From Nemertoderma westbladi (taxonomy: Eukaryota; Animalia; Xenacoelomorpha): a stretch of 64,000 nt of DNA. The position numbers and the translations under genes are program-made. The notes under the pieces are model-generated. The model had not been told where the DNA came from. It worked only from the letters and a program-made list of their open reading frames with translations, and ran no database searches. The stretch spans positions 15,334 to 79,333 of the forward strand of contig JAUCBJ010008173.1 of the NCBI GenBank assembly GCA_032718475.1, written 5' to 3'. This document shows, one piece after another, positions 1 through 13,987 of this stretch (position 1 is its first letter; each line of letters opens with the position of its first letter).

Positions 1-135
1 TACCATTGTAGCCCAATCATTTATTAGGGTCAAGGATATTAGGGATTAGGATGTGGTGTTTTATGGAATAATATTGGTGGGACCCATTCTAAGATGCATA
101 TATATTTTGTACAAATATATAATGTTATTTTTCAG

Positions 136-438
136 TTCAATGGGTTGATTATGGCAGATCATGTCTGACTCTTTCTGATGGATCTAACGAAATTGGAGGT
201 CTAGGATTGTTAGGAACAACGCTTTCTGATGTAACAACAATGGAAGATTGCAAAACTAAGTGTGTTGAAGAGAAGCCAGATGTTTGTGAATCTGTGAATT
301 ACGTGGCACTAGAGAACAAATGCTATTTGTTGAATATGAACATGAGATCAGATGGAAGCAGATTCCATGAACCTTGCAACCTTGTTTTAGAAAACACTTC
401 GGGTTATGATGTCGATGTGTATTATTCAGAATTGCGAT
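136..438 (+). CDS. Internal exon encoding a PAN/Apple domain of an extracellular protein; the rest of the gene is unresolved
   Basis: Acceptor ttttcag ends at 135 and donor gtgagt starts at 439. The exon is 303 nt and symmetric phase 1-1. Translation QWVDYGRSC...EDCKTKCVEEKPDVCESVNY...KCYLL...YYSELR has the PAN pattern CxxxC..CxSxxY..CxL. Confidence 0.8.
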
Positions 439-450
439 GTGAGTATGTAT

Positions 451-3400
451 GGATTTGGATTTGCCTTTTTTGTATTGAAGATAACTTACCCTTTACCAAA
501 ATTACAGATCAAAACGAATTTCTACTTACGATAGCTGATTACCGCTTACCTTCCGTAATAAACATGGATTTACTAGACTCTCATTATACAAACATTTTTG
601 AACAAGATACCGATAATTTAACAGACAATGACCCAGACAGTAATTATTTTAATGCAGACTTAGATACCCAATACTACCGCGACTTAACATCTATCCAACA
701 AAATTCTATAACAAGCATTGCCATGTTTCACTGTAATATACGGAGTCTGAATAAAAATCTTGAGGCACTTAAGGAAACTTTAAAATGCATTCCCCTAAAT
801 TTCCCTGTGATTGCGGTTTCTGAAACATGGCAAACAAACATCAATCACGACACATTTAAAATAAATAATTATAATTTTTTTTACAACCACAGAAAAGATC
901 AAACGGGTGGTGGATGTGGTTTGTACATTGCAGATAACTTAAACTGTTCTCCAAGACCTGATATCGGCAATTTTATTCCAAACACTTATGAATCCACTTT
1001 CGTCGAATGGCAACGGGAAAACAATAAAAACGTTATATTTGGTTGTCTATACCGCCCACCAGGGACAGATACTGTACCATTCTTCGATAACTTAGAAAAA
1101 AGCCTAAGAAAAATTAATTCTGAAGGTAAAATTGCCTATATCCTTGGAGACTTTAACATCAATATCCTACACATAAATAAATCATCTATACCAATGGAAT
1201 TCTTGGAAAAGATAACAAACCACTGCTTTGTGCCACTAATAAACAAACCCACCAGATTCACAGACCACTCGGCAACAGCTATTGATAACATTATAACAAA
1301 TGATTATGGCTCAGTTGTACACACAGGTATACTGTTGGCTGACATTTCGGATCACCTACCGATTATGGTCGAATGTAATATACCAATAAACAGTCCTCCT
1401 GGGAAACATAAAATATACTACAAACGCGATATATCCGTCCAAAATAAGGAAAAATTTATAAAACTTTTGAAATCGTTGCATGAAAATAACAGATGGGATA
1501 ACATTACACTAGAAGACGATATCAACAACGCCTACAATAATTTTATGCAAAAGTATCAGAATTTATTCAACACATGTTTTCCACTAAAAGAATGCAAAAT
1601 AATCAACGAAAGCAAACCGTGGATTACAGAGTCCATATTCACATCGATAAAACAAAAGCACCAACTATACGGTATCCTCCTTAAAAATCCTACTATACAA
1701 AATAGGCAATTATATATTAACTACAAAAATAACCTAACCCAGATTATACGTAATGCCAGGAAATTTCACTACTCAAATCTGTTTGAAAAATACAAAAACA
1801 ACATCTCAAAAACATGGGGAGTAATAAGAGAACTTATGAATAATAAACACAAAAGTAAAATATCAAGTACATTTCTTGTAAATAATAAACTATCATCTAA
1901 TGAAACGGAAATATCAAATGGATTCAATACCTACTTTGCAGCAGTTGGGCAAAATCTCGCTAATAAAATCCCCAAAACCGACTGTACGGTAGAAAGCTAT
2001 CTAGGAAATTCCTTATCAGAGTCCATTTTTTTCAGTCCGGTAACCAATGAAGAAGTCATAAATATGGTCAATGCACTGCCTAACAAAATTTCCACTGGTC
2101 TAGACGGGGTAAATGTTATAATTTTTAAACAAATAATCCAATATATATCAGATCCCGTCACTCATCTAATTAACTTTAGTTTAAAAACTGGTATTGTACC
2201 TAAAAATATGAAACTCTCCAAAGTTGTACCAATTTTTAAGAATGGTGACGCCAATCTGTTTCAAAATTATCGCCCCATTAGTGTTCTACCTTTTTTGTCA
2301 AAACTTTTAGAAAAGACTGTCTATTTACAATTCAGTGGATTTCTTGCCAAACATAAATTACTTATTGACTCTCAATTCGGTTTCCGTACAGGGCGATCAG
2401 TCGACCAAGCTATATCTCTACTTCTTCAAAACCTCACGGAAAACACTGAAGCGAAACAATCGACTCTGGGAATATTCGTAGACCTATCGAAAGCGTTCGA
2501 TACGGTTGATCACAATGTATTATTTTAAAAACTCGAACACTATGGAATAAGGGGATTAGCCTTGCAATGGTTTAAAAGCTACCTGGAAGAGAGATATCAG
2601 TCAGTTCAATACAAATCAACTTTATCAAACCAACAATTAATCAAATGCGGTGTACCCCAAGGATCAATACTAGCTCCTTTATTATTTTTAATATACATGA
2701 ACGACATAATTTCTTCATCAAAAACGTTAAATTTTATCCTCTTTGCTGACGATTGTAATATATTTCTAACCGGTAAAAACATTTCTGAAATTTTACGGGA
2801 AGCAAATCTCGAACTAGAGAAAGTTATGATTTGGTTAAATACAAATAAATTATCCTTAAATATCACAAAAACAAAGTACATCATATTTAAAAATAATTCT
2901 AATCACCAATCATCACTAGGAAAATATTTAAAAATCGGAGGTTGCAAAATTGAACAAGTAAATCATATAAAATTCCTGGGTATTTACATTAGTGAAAATT
3001 TAAAGTGGAATAGGCACGTCGATCACATCAGAGTTAAAATATCAAAAAATATTGGGATAATAAATAAAATCAAACACTTCATACCATTTAAAATCAGATT
3101 AAGTCTTTATCACACATTGATCGAGTCCCATATTTCCTTTGCCTTAACAGCCTGGGGTAATTGTCATGAGGTTCAACACGATACAGTTCTAAACCAGTTA
3201 ATTAAACTACAAAAGAGATACATCCGAATTATCTTTTTAAAACCATATAACTTTCCTACCCATGAGTTGTTTAAAAATGTAAACATACTAAAACTTAAAT
3301 CACTCTATAAGTATCGTTGTTTACTGTACATTTTCCGTCACCGATTAGGACTCCAACATCTTCCAGAAGGACTTAAATCAACCCTAGTTCCAATAAGTAC

Positions 3401-4113
3401 TGTACATAAGTATCCCACTCGCGCGGCACAAAACCACCACTATCGGCTCCCACTTTATCAAACGAACTACGGAAAATCCACAATATCATATCAGGCAGTC
3501 AAACTATGGAACATCATACCGGCCGAAATTCAAACCTCAAAATCGTTATGCAAAGTAAAAAAACTTCTAAAGACATACCTTATCAATCTCCAATAACTCC
3601 GTACCGTACTGTATATTCCATGAAATACACATTCTATAAACATACAATAAAAATATTACATCTATCCTATTCCTATTATGTATACGGCAACCATTACAGC
3701 AAAAATAAAGTAAGATGGTGATCAGCTGTCAATGAATACTCAACCAAAACTGGCAAATCTAGACAAATAAATTGTGTAGTATTATACCATACTACTGCAA
3801 AAAAATGTTTGTAGCATTAATAAGCATAATTAAAAAAAAAAAATATGACATTAAAATAAAAAATTAAGTATTAAAAATAATGCATTTTCTAGCACAAAAT
3901 AAGCCATGCTTCTGTGTTCGGAAATGTTGGCGCCTAGGAAGTGGCTATAGTATTTAGTAGTGGGGTCTGTGGCTGGGGGGGGGGGGGGGGGGGAGGTTAT
4001 CAAGTAATCTAAGTATACTAGTAGTATGCAGTTTCTAATGTTGTTGTTTAATTGTAATTGTTGAATTGTTTGTTTTTAATAATAATAAATGAGTATATTT
4101 GCCTCAAAAAAAA
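451..4113 (+). mobile_element. CR1/L2-group non-LTR retrotransposon (APE endonuclease + RT), 5'-truncated, with one in-frame nonsense codon
   Basis: Endonuclease motifs HCNIRSL, VSETW, YRPPG, LGDFN, SDHLPI. RT motifs NYRPISVL, QFGFR, DLSKAFD, GVPQGSILAPLLF, FADD (~2742). ORFs 207-2528 and 2562-3596 share a frame and are separated only by TAA at 2526-2528 (VLF*KLEHYGIRG). The 3' UTR ends in an A-run at ~4106-4113. Boundaries are approximate. Confidence 0.9.
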
Positions 4114-4184
4114 GGATAACTTAATTTGTAACATAATTGTTCAATATTAATGAGACTTATTTGGTAAATCGCGCAAATTCCGTC

Positions 4185-6345
4185 TTTATTGGGAAACTAC
4201 CCCGGCTACACTCACTGCGGTACCCTATATTTATTGGGAAACTATCCCGGCTACACTCACTGCGGTACCCTATATTTATTGGGAAACTACCCCGGCTACA
4301 CTCACTGCGGTACCCTATATTTATTGGGAAACTACCCCGGCTACACTCACTGCGGTACCCTATATTTATTGGGAAACTACCCCGGCTACTACACTCACTG
4401 CGGTACCCTATATTTATTGGGAAACTACCCCGGCTACACTCACTGCGGTACCCTATATTTATTGGCAAACTACCCCGGCTACACTCACTGCGGTACCCTA
4501 TATTTATTGGGAAACTACCCCGGCTACACTCACTGCGGTACCCTATATTTATTGGGAGACTACTCCGGCTACACTCACTGCGGTACCCTATATTTATTGG
4601 GAAACTACCCCGGCTACACTCACTGCGGTACCCTATATTTATTGGGAGACTACCCCGGCTACACTCACTGCGGTACCCTATATTTATTGGGAGACTACCC
4701 CGGCTACACTCACTGCGGTACCCTATATTTATTGGGAAACTATCCCGGCTACACTCACTGCGGTACCCTATATTTATTGGGAAACTACCCCGGCTACACT
4801 CACTGCGGTACCCTATATTTATTGGGAAACTACCCCGGCTACACTCACTGCGGTACCCTATATTTATTGGGAAACTACCCCGGCTACTACACTCACTGCG
4901 GTACCCTATATTTATTGGGAAACTACCCCGGCTACACTCACTGCGGTACCCTATATTTATTGGGAGACTACCCCGGCTACACTCACTGCGGTACCCTATA
5001 TTTATTGGGAAACTACCCCGGCTACACTCACTGCGGTACCCTATATTTATTGGGAGACTACCCCGGCTACACTCACTGCGGTACCCTATATTTATTGGGA
5101 GACTACCCCGGCTACACTCACTGCGGTACCCTATATTTGGGAAACTACCCCGGCTACACTCACTGCGGTACCCTATATTTATTGGGAGACTACCCCGGCT
5201 ACACTCACTGCGGTACCCTATATTTATTGGGAAACTACCCCGGCTACACTCACTGCGGTACCCTATATTTATTGGGAGACTACCCCGGCTACACTCACTG
5301 CGGTACCCTATATTTATTGGGAGACTACCCCGGCTACACTCACTGCGGTACCCTATATTTGGGAAACTACCCCGGCTACACTCACTGCGGTACCCTATAT
5401 TTATTGGGAGACTACCCCGGCTACACTCACTGCGGTACCCTATATTTATTGGGAAACTACCCCGGCTACACTCACTGCGGTACCCTATATTTATTGGGAG
5501 ACTACTCCGGCTACACTCACTGCGGTACCCTATATTTATTGGGAAACTACCCCGGCTACACTCACTGCGGTACCCTATATTTATTGGGAGACTACCCCGG
5601 CTACACTCACTGCGGTACCCTATATTTATTGGGAGACTACCCCGGCTACACTCACTGCGGTACCCTATATTTATTGGGAAACTATCCCGGCTACACTCAC
5701 TGCGGTACCCTATATTTATTGGGAAACTACCCCGGCTACACTCACTGCGGTACCCTATATTTATTGGGAAACTACCCCGGCTACACTCACTGCGGTACCC
5801 TATATTTATTGGGAAACTACCCCGGCTACTACACTCACTGCGGTACCCTATATTTATTGGGAAACTACCCCGGCTACACTCACTGCGGTACCCTATATTT
5901 ATTGGGAGACTACCCCGGCTACACTCACTGCGGTACCCTATATTTATTGGGAAACTACCCCGGCTACACTCACTGCGGTACCCTATATTTATTGGGAGAC
6001 TACCCCGGCTACACTCACTGCGGTACCTTATATTTATTGGGAGACTACCCCGGCTACACTCACTGCGGTACCCTATATTTGGGAAACTACCCCGGCTACA
6101 CTCACTGCGGTACCCTATATTTATTGGGAGACTACCCCGGCTACACTCACTGCGGTACCCTATATTTGGGAAACTACCCCGGCTACACTCACTGCGGTAC
6201 CCTATATTTATTGGGAAACTACTCCCCTTACACTCACTGCGGTACCCTACACTCACTGCGGTACCCTACACTCACTGCGGTACCCTACACTCACTGCGGT
6301 ACCCTACACTCACTGCGGTACCCTACACTCACTGCGGTACCCTAT
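4185..6345. repeat. Tandem array of a 45-bp unit (~45 copies) ending in ~6 copies of a 19-bp sub-unit
   Basis: Unit TTTATTGGGAAACTACCCCGGCTACACTCACTGCGGTACCCTATA; terminal unit TACACTCACTGCGGTACCC from ~6228. Confidence 0.97.
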
Positions 6346-7664
6346 ATTTATCTACCATTATTAATTGCTATTCTGTCATCTTCTTTTCATAATTCGAATT
6401 CTTGTTTATATTAAAAAATAATGAAGACGCAAACCTGTACGATCCAATTAATTGGACTATGGCCCCTCCATTATCCCTCCATGGTCCCTCCTTATGGCTC
6501 CTCGTTACGTGTTACATACTTTTCATGTCTTACCGCATATAGTGAAAAAAAATATTTACAACGAGAATGAAAGTTAAAGATTGAACGAAAGGAATGCTGT
6601 TTAGAACGCTTCACGGATTATTTGATCATTTCATACCCATATTATTTCCATTATTGCGTTATTATTGGCCCCATATTACCCTGCACGCTTGTTACACACA
6701 TAATAATACCCATAGTATATTGATGTGTTGTTTTCCTATATCGCAGGTATCAGGTGTCATTCAGTTGAATTCATTAACCGTTGTCGAGTGTCAATATTTC
6801 AAGTTGTAACTGACATATTATTCACGTCTGCAGTCAGTGCCTAGATGTTATTCGCAGAAATCATAGGGTTACAAAATTTTGTCTGGGGGATATTGTGGCG
6901 GTAAAATGACGACCACCCAGTTGGGTTATACATTATAATCCAGACTGGTCTGTTACCACAGGACTTTAGTAGAAATCTATAAAAATCATGACATTCAACA
7001 ATCTCAATCACAACATTCGTGTGTAAAATCAATTTTCCACTACATTGCTCTAAATGTTATTCACTAATCATAATGATTGTAGGCTTCGCTCCTCCTATGC
7101 CTTCTTGTTAATTTATGACGCTTTTAAAATTTTCTCAGAGGTAAATGTATTTTTTTGTGTTTGCCAAATATTGATTATTAAATTATTACCAGTAGCAGGG
7201 TATCATCGATTTATTTAGGTGTCAACTCATATCAACTAAATGGAATATAATTCCGGTATACCGAAGCCCTAGAGATGAATTATCCGACGGGTTGAGGATT
7301 GACTACTATGTGCGCACCTGCCCATCGTTGTGGTTCATTACTATTCAAAGTTTATAATTACTTTCCGGCGTTGCATTACTTAGCTTCTCCCCCAATCACG
7401 AACGGTATAGCTAATAAATATACCGGTACCGCATCCGATGGGCAATCGGAGTGCGTGAGTGTGTATATAATCCTAAATATCTACGTACCGGTATATATTT
7501 TCTATTACGCATTGTTATTCATAAATATTATCCTCTTGTTGTAAGAAAGGTCAATGTTTTGTGGTGAAAGCGGTTAGATTGATTTATTTGCATTCTATTG
7601 GGGACTTATATTCACGGTTAGTATAAATTAACATATAGTGTGGGGGGGGGGGGGTGTAGACTTT

Positions 7665-8592
7665 GGGGCGCCGTTTAAGCCAAAAGTACTGTAATCCCCA
7701 CACCACATTTGAGGATTGAGCTCACTGTGGTGTGGGGTAATTAATTTGCAATTATATTGTTGAGTGAGGGGAATTTTCATTTCTAACTGTGTTGTCATGT
7801 ATGATGTACAACAAAGGGCTGAAATAAAACGGCTTTGGTCAGAAGCTAACCGAACTGTCGCAAGGTTTTACAAGGCATTTTTTCTCCACCTTGAATCTTA
7901 CGATGTGTTACAGTAATTGCAATGAAATGAATATACAGTATGCGCTTCTTTTCGTGTTTGGTCCTCGAATTGTCAGGTCTCTCAACCAGCTGATTGCCGA
8001 GTTAAACCAACCATCATGCCGCCTATTCCGTTGTGGACCGAAAACGCACTCGTAAATGACTTCATCTTTTCCCAGGATGTTATCCTGGGACAAGATGAAG
8101 TACAAACATATATGATGGAATCGATCATGCATGACCGTGATATTGAAACTGCGCAAGAGGGTGGTAGTGATAATGAGGGTATTTCAGTGAGATGCTCAGG
8201 AGGTTAAGGTTCTACGAGATAAGGACCCACTCAACGATGATGGTTACTTTGAAATAAATATTTATATGGAAGTTATTGGGCTTTTGAATGGTAACTTATA
8301 AATGGTTGAATGATTTAGTACTGTTGAATATACTGTTTGATTTATTAACAGTTTTAGTGTAATATTTTTAATGGAAAATATGTCTCCCTGCGCCATTTGC
8401 TTGTGCAAACATTAATTTTACCCTACATTTGAATTATCCCCCTGCCTTTTAGTTTTGGCGTAGAAATACCCCCACATCACAGTGAGAAATGCAAATTATG
8501 GTAATTCCTCACATCACAGTGAAAAATTGCAAATTACTTCCCCGCATCACAGTGTGTGGTGTGGGGATTACTTTTGGTTTAAAAAGCGCCCC
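7665..8592. mobile_element. Non-autonomous TIR DNA transposon, possibly PIF/Harbinger-like
   Basis: Left end GGGGCGCCGTTTAAGCCAAAAGTA(ctgta)ATCCCCACACCACA is the imperfect reverse complement of the right end TGTGGTGTGGGGATTACTTTTGGTTTAAAAAGCGCCCC. Subterminal CACATCACAGTG repeats. No clean TSD. Confidence 0.75.
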
Positions 8593-8759
8593 ATAGTGGA
8601 CTCATAAGAAGTGGCGTCGCAGCATTAACATGCACCCCCTTCAAAATTTGGTTTGCGCCCCCCTTACAGTACCACAGCTCCCTATCTACCCAGCACCAAC
8701 ATGCCTGTTGACCAATAAATGAGCAGAATTTAATGCGCATAAATTTTTTATGCCGTTTT

Positions 8760-11006
8760 ATTTACTTTAGATCAATTAAAGACACATTTATTAAAGAAAA
8801 CCACGTGAACTAATTAAAAACTATAATGGAATGGGGTATGGCGATTACAGCTATATAATTTTTAAGAATAATTAATGAAATCTTATTTGTAAATCTTCAG
8901 ATTTACTTACTGTAAGAAAATCGTGTCTGTTTGTTTGTTTGTCTCAAGAAAGGCTCCGAAACTATCCGGTCAATTGTGTTGTTATTATTATTAATACCCT
9001 CTGTAGTGTATGGTCTCAATGGGTGTATAAAGCAATTTTCGAAAACATACAGTCATTAGTTTTTGCAAAAAATTTAATAAACAAATGTGCCATAGACGCA
9101 ATGGTAAAATAACACCAACAACAGCTGGTGTTCATGTTGAAAAATGGCTTATGTATATGTAGTGGATTTCTACACAGGCTTAGTATAAATCGATGAGGTT
9201 GCCAAGATTATTGTATTTAGTACACCCATACTATTTGCTTAGTCCCTACTGCCTAAACTCCACTCCCTTACATACAAACTTGAAATTCTTCATAGGGTAG
9301 CACTAGTGTGTGTTAAATATTTCATAGGCCTACAGCTGATTGCCTTTTCAGTCAAGATGTGAATTTCTTACTAATTCCAGGTGAATGAATTTTAGTAATA
9401 ATTGTAGGTCTTCAACTGTAGTACTACAATAATTGGTGCAATTAGAATCATGAGAGGGAATCGTAGATTTAGAAAATTGGATCATTGTCAGGCCTAAAGG
9501 AACAAAGTAATTTAAAAAGTTAAATATTGGTATATATTAATTAATTAATAGAAGTGTTCTGAAGATTTACATCCCACGTGCTTGCACGCCACTAGTACTA
9601 TAAAATAATTCATTTCCGTTAATAGACCGACTTAGTAATGACCGACTTGAAAATGCTGTTTTTTTTACAGCAATTAATTAATTAACTAATTAACTTCTAT
9701 TATCTTAGCTTCTCGAAGGCCACACGCAAATTCAACTTGGAAAATTTCTAAACTTTTACCAGACTACATGTGTACCAAGTTTGGATAGATTTCATCAAAG
9801 ATTGGCCGAGTTATTAACGTTTAAAAGGGAACACAACAGAACACTCTTCGCGGGGCCTTCGCGCAGCACGAGGCTTAGTTATGAGATACGGATTAATATT
9901 GAGCGATTCTACTGTATCACAAACTCGGTATTTAAGAAATTTAACCAAAACACCAGTAATAATCAAAGAGATGGGGATAAAGCCCCCCATCCCCTTCAAC
10001 CTCCCTCTTAATATGCACTACCCCAACCCAAAGGCGCACACAGGATTGATGAAAGGAAGGTATTATCAGGAAATTTGTGTTTTAAAAGTAATGTTATATT
10101 TATTTTTAATATAACACAAAATAGAACTGGAAGCGATTCACAAATATACAAACAGCACAAATTTCTAGCCAAAATAATTAAAGATCGCATATTATTTAAT
10201 TTATTTATCAAAGAAATCAATAAACTCATGTTATTGGTAACATGTTAAACTCATGAAGTAATTTAATAAATATTTTAGGCGTGGATGCGACCCAATTTGT
10301 AAGAATTATTAAAACTTACCTTATGCTGATAAGGTAAACACAATAAGCAAGGTTAAGCTCTCTTATTAGTCTGGCTCATTACAGTGCTGCCTAATGAGTA
10401 GTGGTGAGCTGGTGGTTGGACTGGTTCCCAGTAGGCAATAGCAAGCATGCCTTGGAATAAGCGAGCTTGTGTAGAGTGACTTCTGCTGAGATATTTTAAT
10501 AACTTACTTACGTTTAGATCAATTAAAAACACATTTCTGAAGCAAATCACTTGAACTAATAATGGAATATGGTATGGGGATTACATCTGTATAATTTTTA
10601 AGTATAATTATTTATATTTTATACTATAAAATAATTAATTTCCATTAAAAGTTATGTTGAAGATGCTGTTTTTACGCTAACCAAATTAATTAATTTTAAT
10701 TTAATTAATGAACTGCTATTATCTTAGCTTCTCGAAGGCCACACGCAAATTCAACTTTGAAAATTTCTAAACTTTTGCCAGACTACATGTGTACCAAATT
10801 TGGATAGATTTCATCGAGATTTGGCTGAGTTATTAACGTTTAAAATTGAATACAACAGAACAACATACACACCGATTGAGTTAGTGGTACCCGTATGCTA
10901 AGCTCGCTTACTTTCGTGGCTCGCCCCACCCAACAGACACACCGATTGAGTTAGTGGTAGGCCCTACCCGTATGCTAAGCTCGCTTACTTTCATGGCTCG
11001 CCCCAC
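8760..11006 (+). repeat. Two related copies of a Helentron/HINE-like dispersed repeat (~8760-9880, interrupted; ~10510-11006)
   Basis: Shared blocks TTTAGATCAATTAAA..., TATCTTAGCTTCTCGAAGGCCACACGCAAATTCAAC...CAGACTACATGTGTACCAA. The end motif ...CTTTCGTGGCTCGCCCCAC is shared with ends at ~33800, ~35100 and 40360. Confidence 0.6.
8881..9595 (+). mobile_element. Non-autonomous Helitron-like element
   Basis: Starts with TC after A and ends CTAG before T. 3' hairpin CGTGC-TT-GCACG. (GTTT)n microsatellite near the 5' end. Absent from the second copy of the host repeat (~10620). Confidence 0.7.
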
Positions 11007-11039
11007 AACTGTATAGCTTATTGTTATAGTGTAGTACTC

Positions 11040-13987
11040 AAGGTGTACTGTTATTTAGTACACCTTGGTATCACCCGACTCGACATCGGCGTTTAGGTTT
11101 TGGGTTATTGCCGGAAACTTTTTCGCCACTTCCGGCGCAGCTGTACAAACATTTGCACTCTCATTTGGTTTTGTTTCATTTTATTTCGGTTGGCGACTCG
11201 CCCTCGCGTCAGCAGATGATAGTGGAAATGGTGGAATTGGTCTATGATGAATCCAACTGCATTATCCGTTGCCACTTCTCATGTTCTGGAAGACTGGCTA
11301 AGAAGTTTCCTAAGGTGGTTCTGATTGTGTGCTACTCTCTAACTAGTGTTGCCCCTGTAGAGGAGGTGGAAAATTTCTACCACAATCTACAAGCAGCTAC
11401 TGATGGAGTGGATCAGCATGCATTCTTAACATTCCTGGGAGGCTTTAATGCAAGTCTACATCAATCACCTACATCGCCCTGGGTCTATAGCAATAGTGTT
11501 AACCGAAATTCCGTCCATCTTCAGGATTTTATCTATGGAAATGGATTGTTTTCGGCTGGAACCCAGTTCAAGAAGCGAACTGGAAAGCTATGGACTCATA
11601 ATGGACCCAGTGGTCACAAGTCCCAGATAGACCATATTCTATTTCGTAGGAAATACAGGACCTCTATACAAGACTGTAATGCATTTACACTTCGACCCTT
11701 CTCCAGTGATCACCGCCTTATTGTGGCCAAGGTAAGACTTAGTCTGCGTGCTAGCAGAACAACGAAATCTGCCTTGACACGGCATGACTGGTCCTCTCTG
11801 TTGCAACAGCCAAGTGTGAGATCCAGCTTCACACTACAGCTGAACAACAGGTATGAGGTTCTTGCCTCTGAGGCGGCAGATCAATGTGAGGGCTATACTG
11901 CCTTCACAGAAGCAGTTAAGTTAGCAGCTGCAGAAACAGTTCCTGTATACCCTCGAAACAGGAAAAGGGCCCCCTGGACTGACCACAAAATTCAGAAGTG
12001 TCGAAATGACCTCGATAAGGCGCAGAAAGAATCCCGACTCAAACAGACTACAGCGGCCAAGAATGCAGTTAAGGCTGCATCTAGGTCCCTGAACACTGAA
12101 CAGAACAGGCAGTACTCTGTTAATCTACAGGAGCTAATAAACCAACAGGTTGATGCCATCAATGATGCTGACGACAGCAGGCAATCATCCCAGCCATGGA
12201 AATCGATCAACTTGCTTACTGGTCGGAAAAGCCAACCAACCACCAAGGTTAAGGCTGAATCACCAGCCGATCGCCTCAATGGTTGGAAGGCCCACTTTGA
12301 AAAGCTCATCAGTAATGACAGGGTATTGCCTGATAACTTTATAGAAGTAAAAGTGTCTGAGTCTGTACTCCCAGATATTCCTGTTGGCGACATCTCCTTT
12401 GCAGAAGTGAAGGTTGCTGCAAAGAGCATCAAGACCAATCGTGCCAGTGGAGTAGATGGTGTTCCCCCTGAGGTCTTTAAAATATCTGAGTGTTTAAAGC
12501 TCATCTATCCCATCATAGTAGACATGTACCGAACAACAAGACATGAAATCCCACAAGAAATGAAAACAAATAAGTTGGTGCCAGTTCCCAAGAAGGGCAA
12601 CCTAACACTCTATGGATCTTTTCGAGGAATCTCATTAATCTCGATTGCTGCAAAGCTTTACAATAGAATTCTATTAAATCGCATCAGGGATCCCATTGAG
12701 AGACTGATCCGTGGAAATCAGAATGGGTTCCGTAAAGGTCGTGGGACCATGGATCCCATTTTGGCACTTAGAAGGATAATTGAAGAGTTATCAAAAAAGA
12801 AAGACAGGCATCTGGCTGTTATCTTTGTTGACTTCTTCAAGGCCTTTGATTCAGTCTCTCGCTCACGTATGTTCAGCATACTTTCATTATATGAGATTCC
12901 TGATGAAATCATTGCGGCAATCAGATCAGTATACGATGGTTCGACAACATTTGTGTCTACTGTTGACGGTGACACAGAACCATTTGAAGTGTTATGGTTG
13001 CGTCCTCCAGGGAGACAACCTTGCACCATTCTTATTCATAGTTGTGGTTGACTATGTTCTACGCATGTCCTTAGATCATCATAATGATGATGGGGTGATG
13101 ATAACTCCACCTACTGGCTCCAGAAGTCGAGGAAATCCTGCCAAGTACCTAACTGATCTAGACTTTGCTGATGACTTAGGAGTACTCTCAGAATCACTAG
13201 AGGGTGCCCAACGGCTACTTAGCTCATTAGAACATGCTGCTTCTAGTGTTGGTCTTTTTATTAACTCCAGAAAGACCAAAATTTTGACAGTTAACTGAAA
13301 GTTTGAAAGTCCTCAGCAAGTCTCTGATCGGATGAGCATAAGCTCAAGGGATGCTATGCTTGAGCATGTGGACGACTTCTGTTACCTGGGATCATGGATC
13401 CGGAAGTCAGGTGAGGACCTTCGAATACGTAAGGGAATGGCATGAGCAGCCTTGAATAGGCTTTCCAGGATTTGGAAGTCACCGAGAATTAATCGGAAAC
13501 TTAAGGTCCGATTATTTAGAGCAGCAGTAGTTCCAGTACTCCTCTATGGGAGTCCATGCAGGGCTCTAACTGCCGCGGACACCAAATCTCTGGATGGCAC
13601 ATTCACAAGAATGCTACGCCGGGTTCATTGTGTCAAATACAATGCACACATCTCCAACCAGACACTATATAACATTGGAGGTGTCTCATTGGTTCCCCCA
13701 AGCTTGACACTAGAACAAAATCGCCTCCGCTTTGCAGGACATTGCTTTCGCCGTGAGGACCAGCCAGTGCACAATCTTGTACTTTGGCAGCCTCATGGAG
13801 TGAATAAGCATGGTGGACAGCCCATGACTTTCTTGGGACGCATCTTAAAGGACACTGGCCTTGAAGATGCGGAAGATCTAGCAAATGTCATGGGTGATAG
13901 GGAGTTGTGGCGGCGCAATTTTGTTGACAAGCCGGCACAGCATTCTTAAAAATGCAGCTGCAATGCAGCATGCCGATCCTAGTAGTA
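11040..13987 (+). mobile_element. RTE-clade LINE, degenerate (frameshifts and stops)
   Basis: Endonuclease (SQIDHILF, SDHRL) and RT (QNGFRKGR, DFFKAFDSV, LQGDNLAPFLF, DLDFADD, LFRAAVVPVLLYG) are split over ORFs 11065, 11108, 12780 and 13452. Short 3' UTR with a (TAG)n tail. Candidate TSD GTAGTACTC at 11031-11039 and 13988-13996. Confidence 0.9.

Noticed and set aside
4137-6414. Three 700-750 aa ORFs as protein-coding genes
   Set aside because: They are overlapping frames of a stop-free 45-bp tandem unit with non-ATG starts. Kept only as a low-interest repeat observation.
6747-6844. Possible next exon of the PAN gene (acceptor tcgcag at 6746, phase-compatible, reading CIRCHSVEF...SA*)
   Set aside because: No recognisable domain and only one splice signal; needs transcript data.
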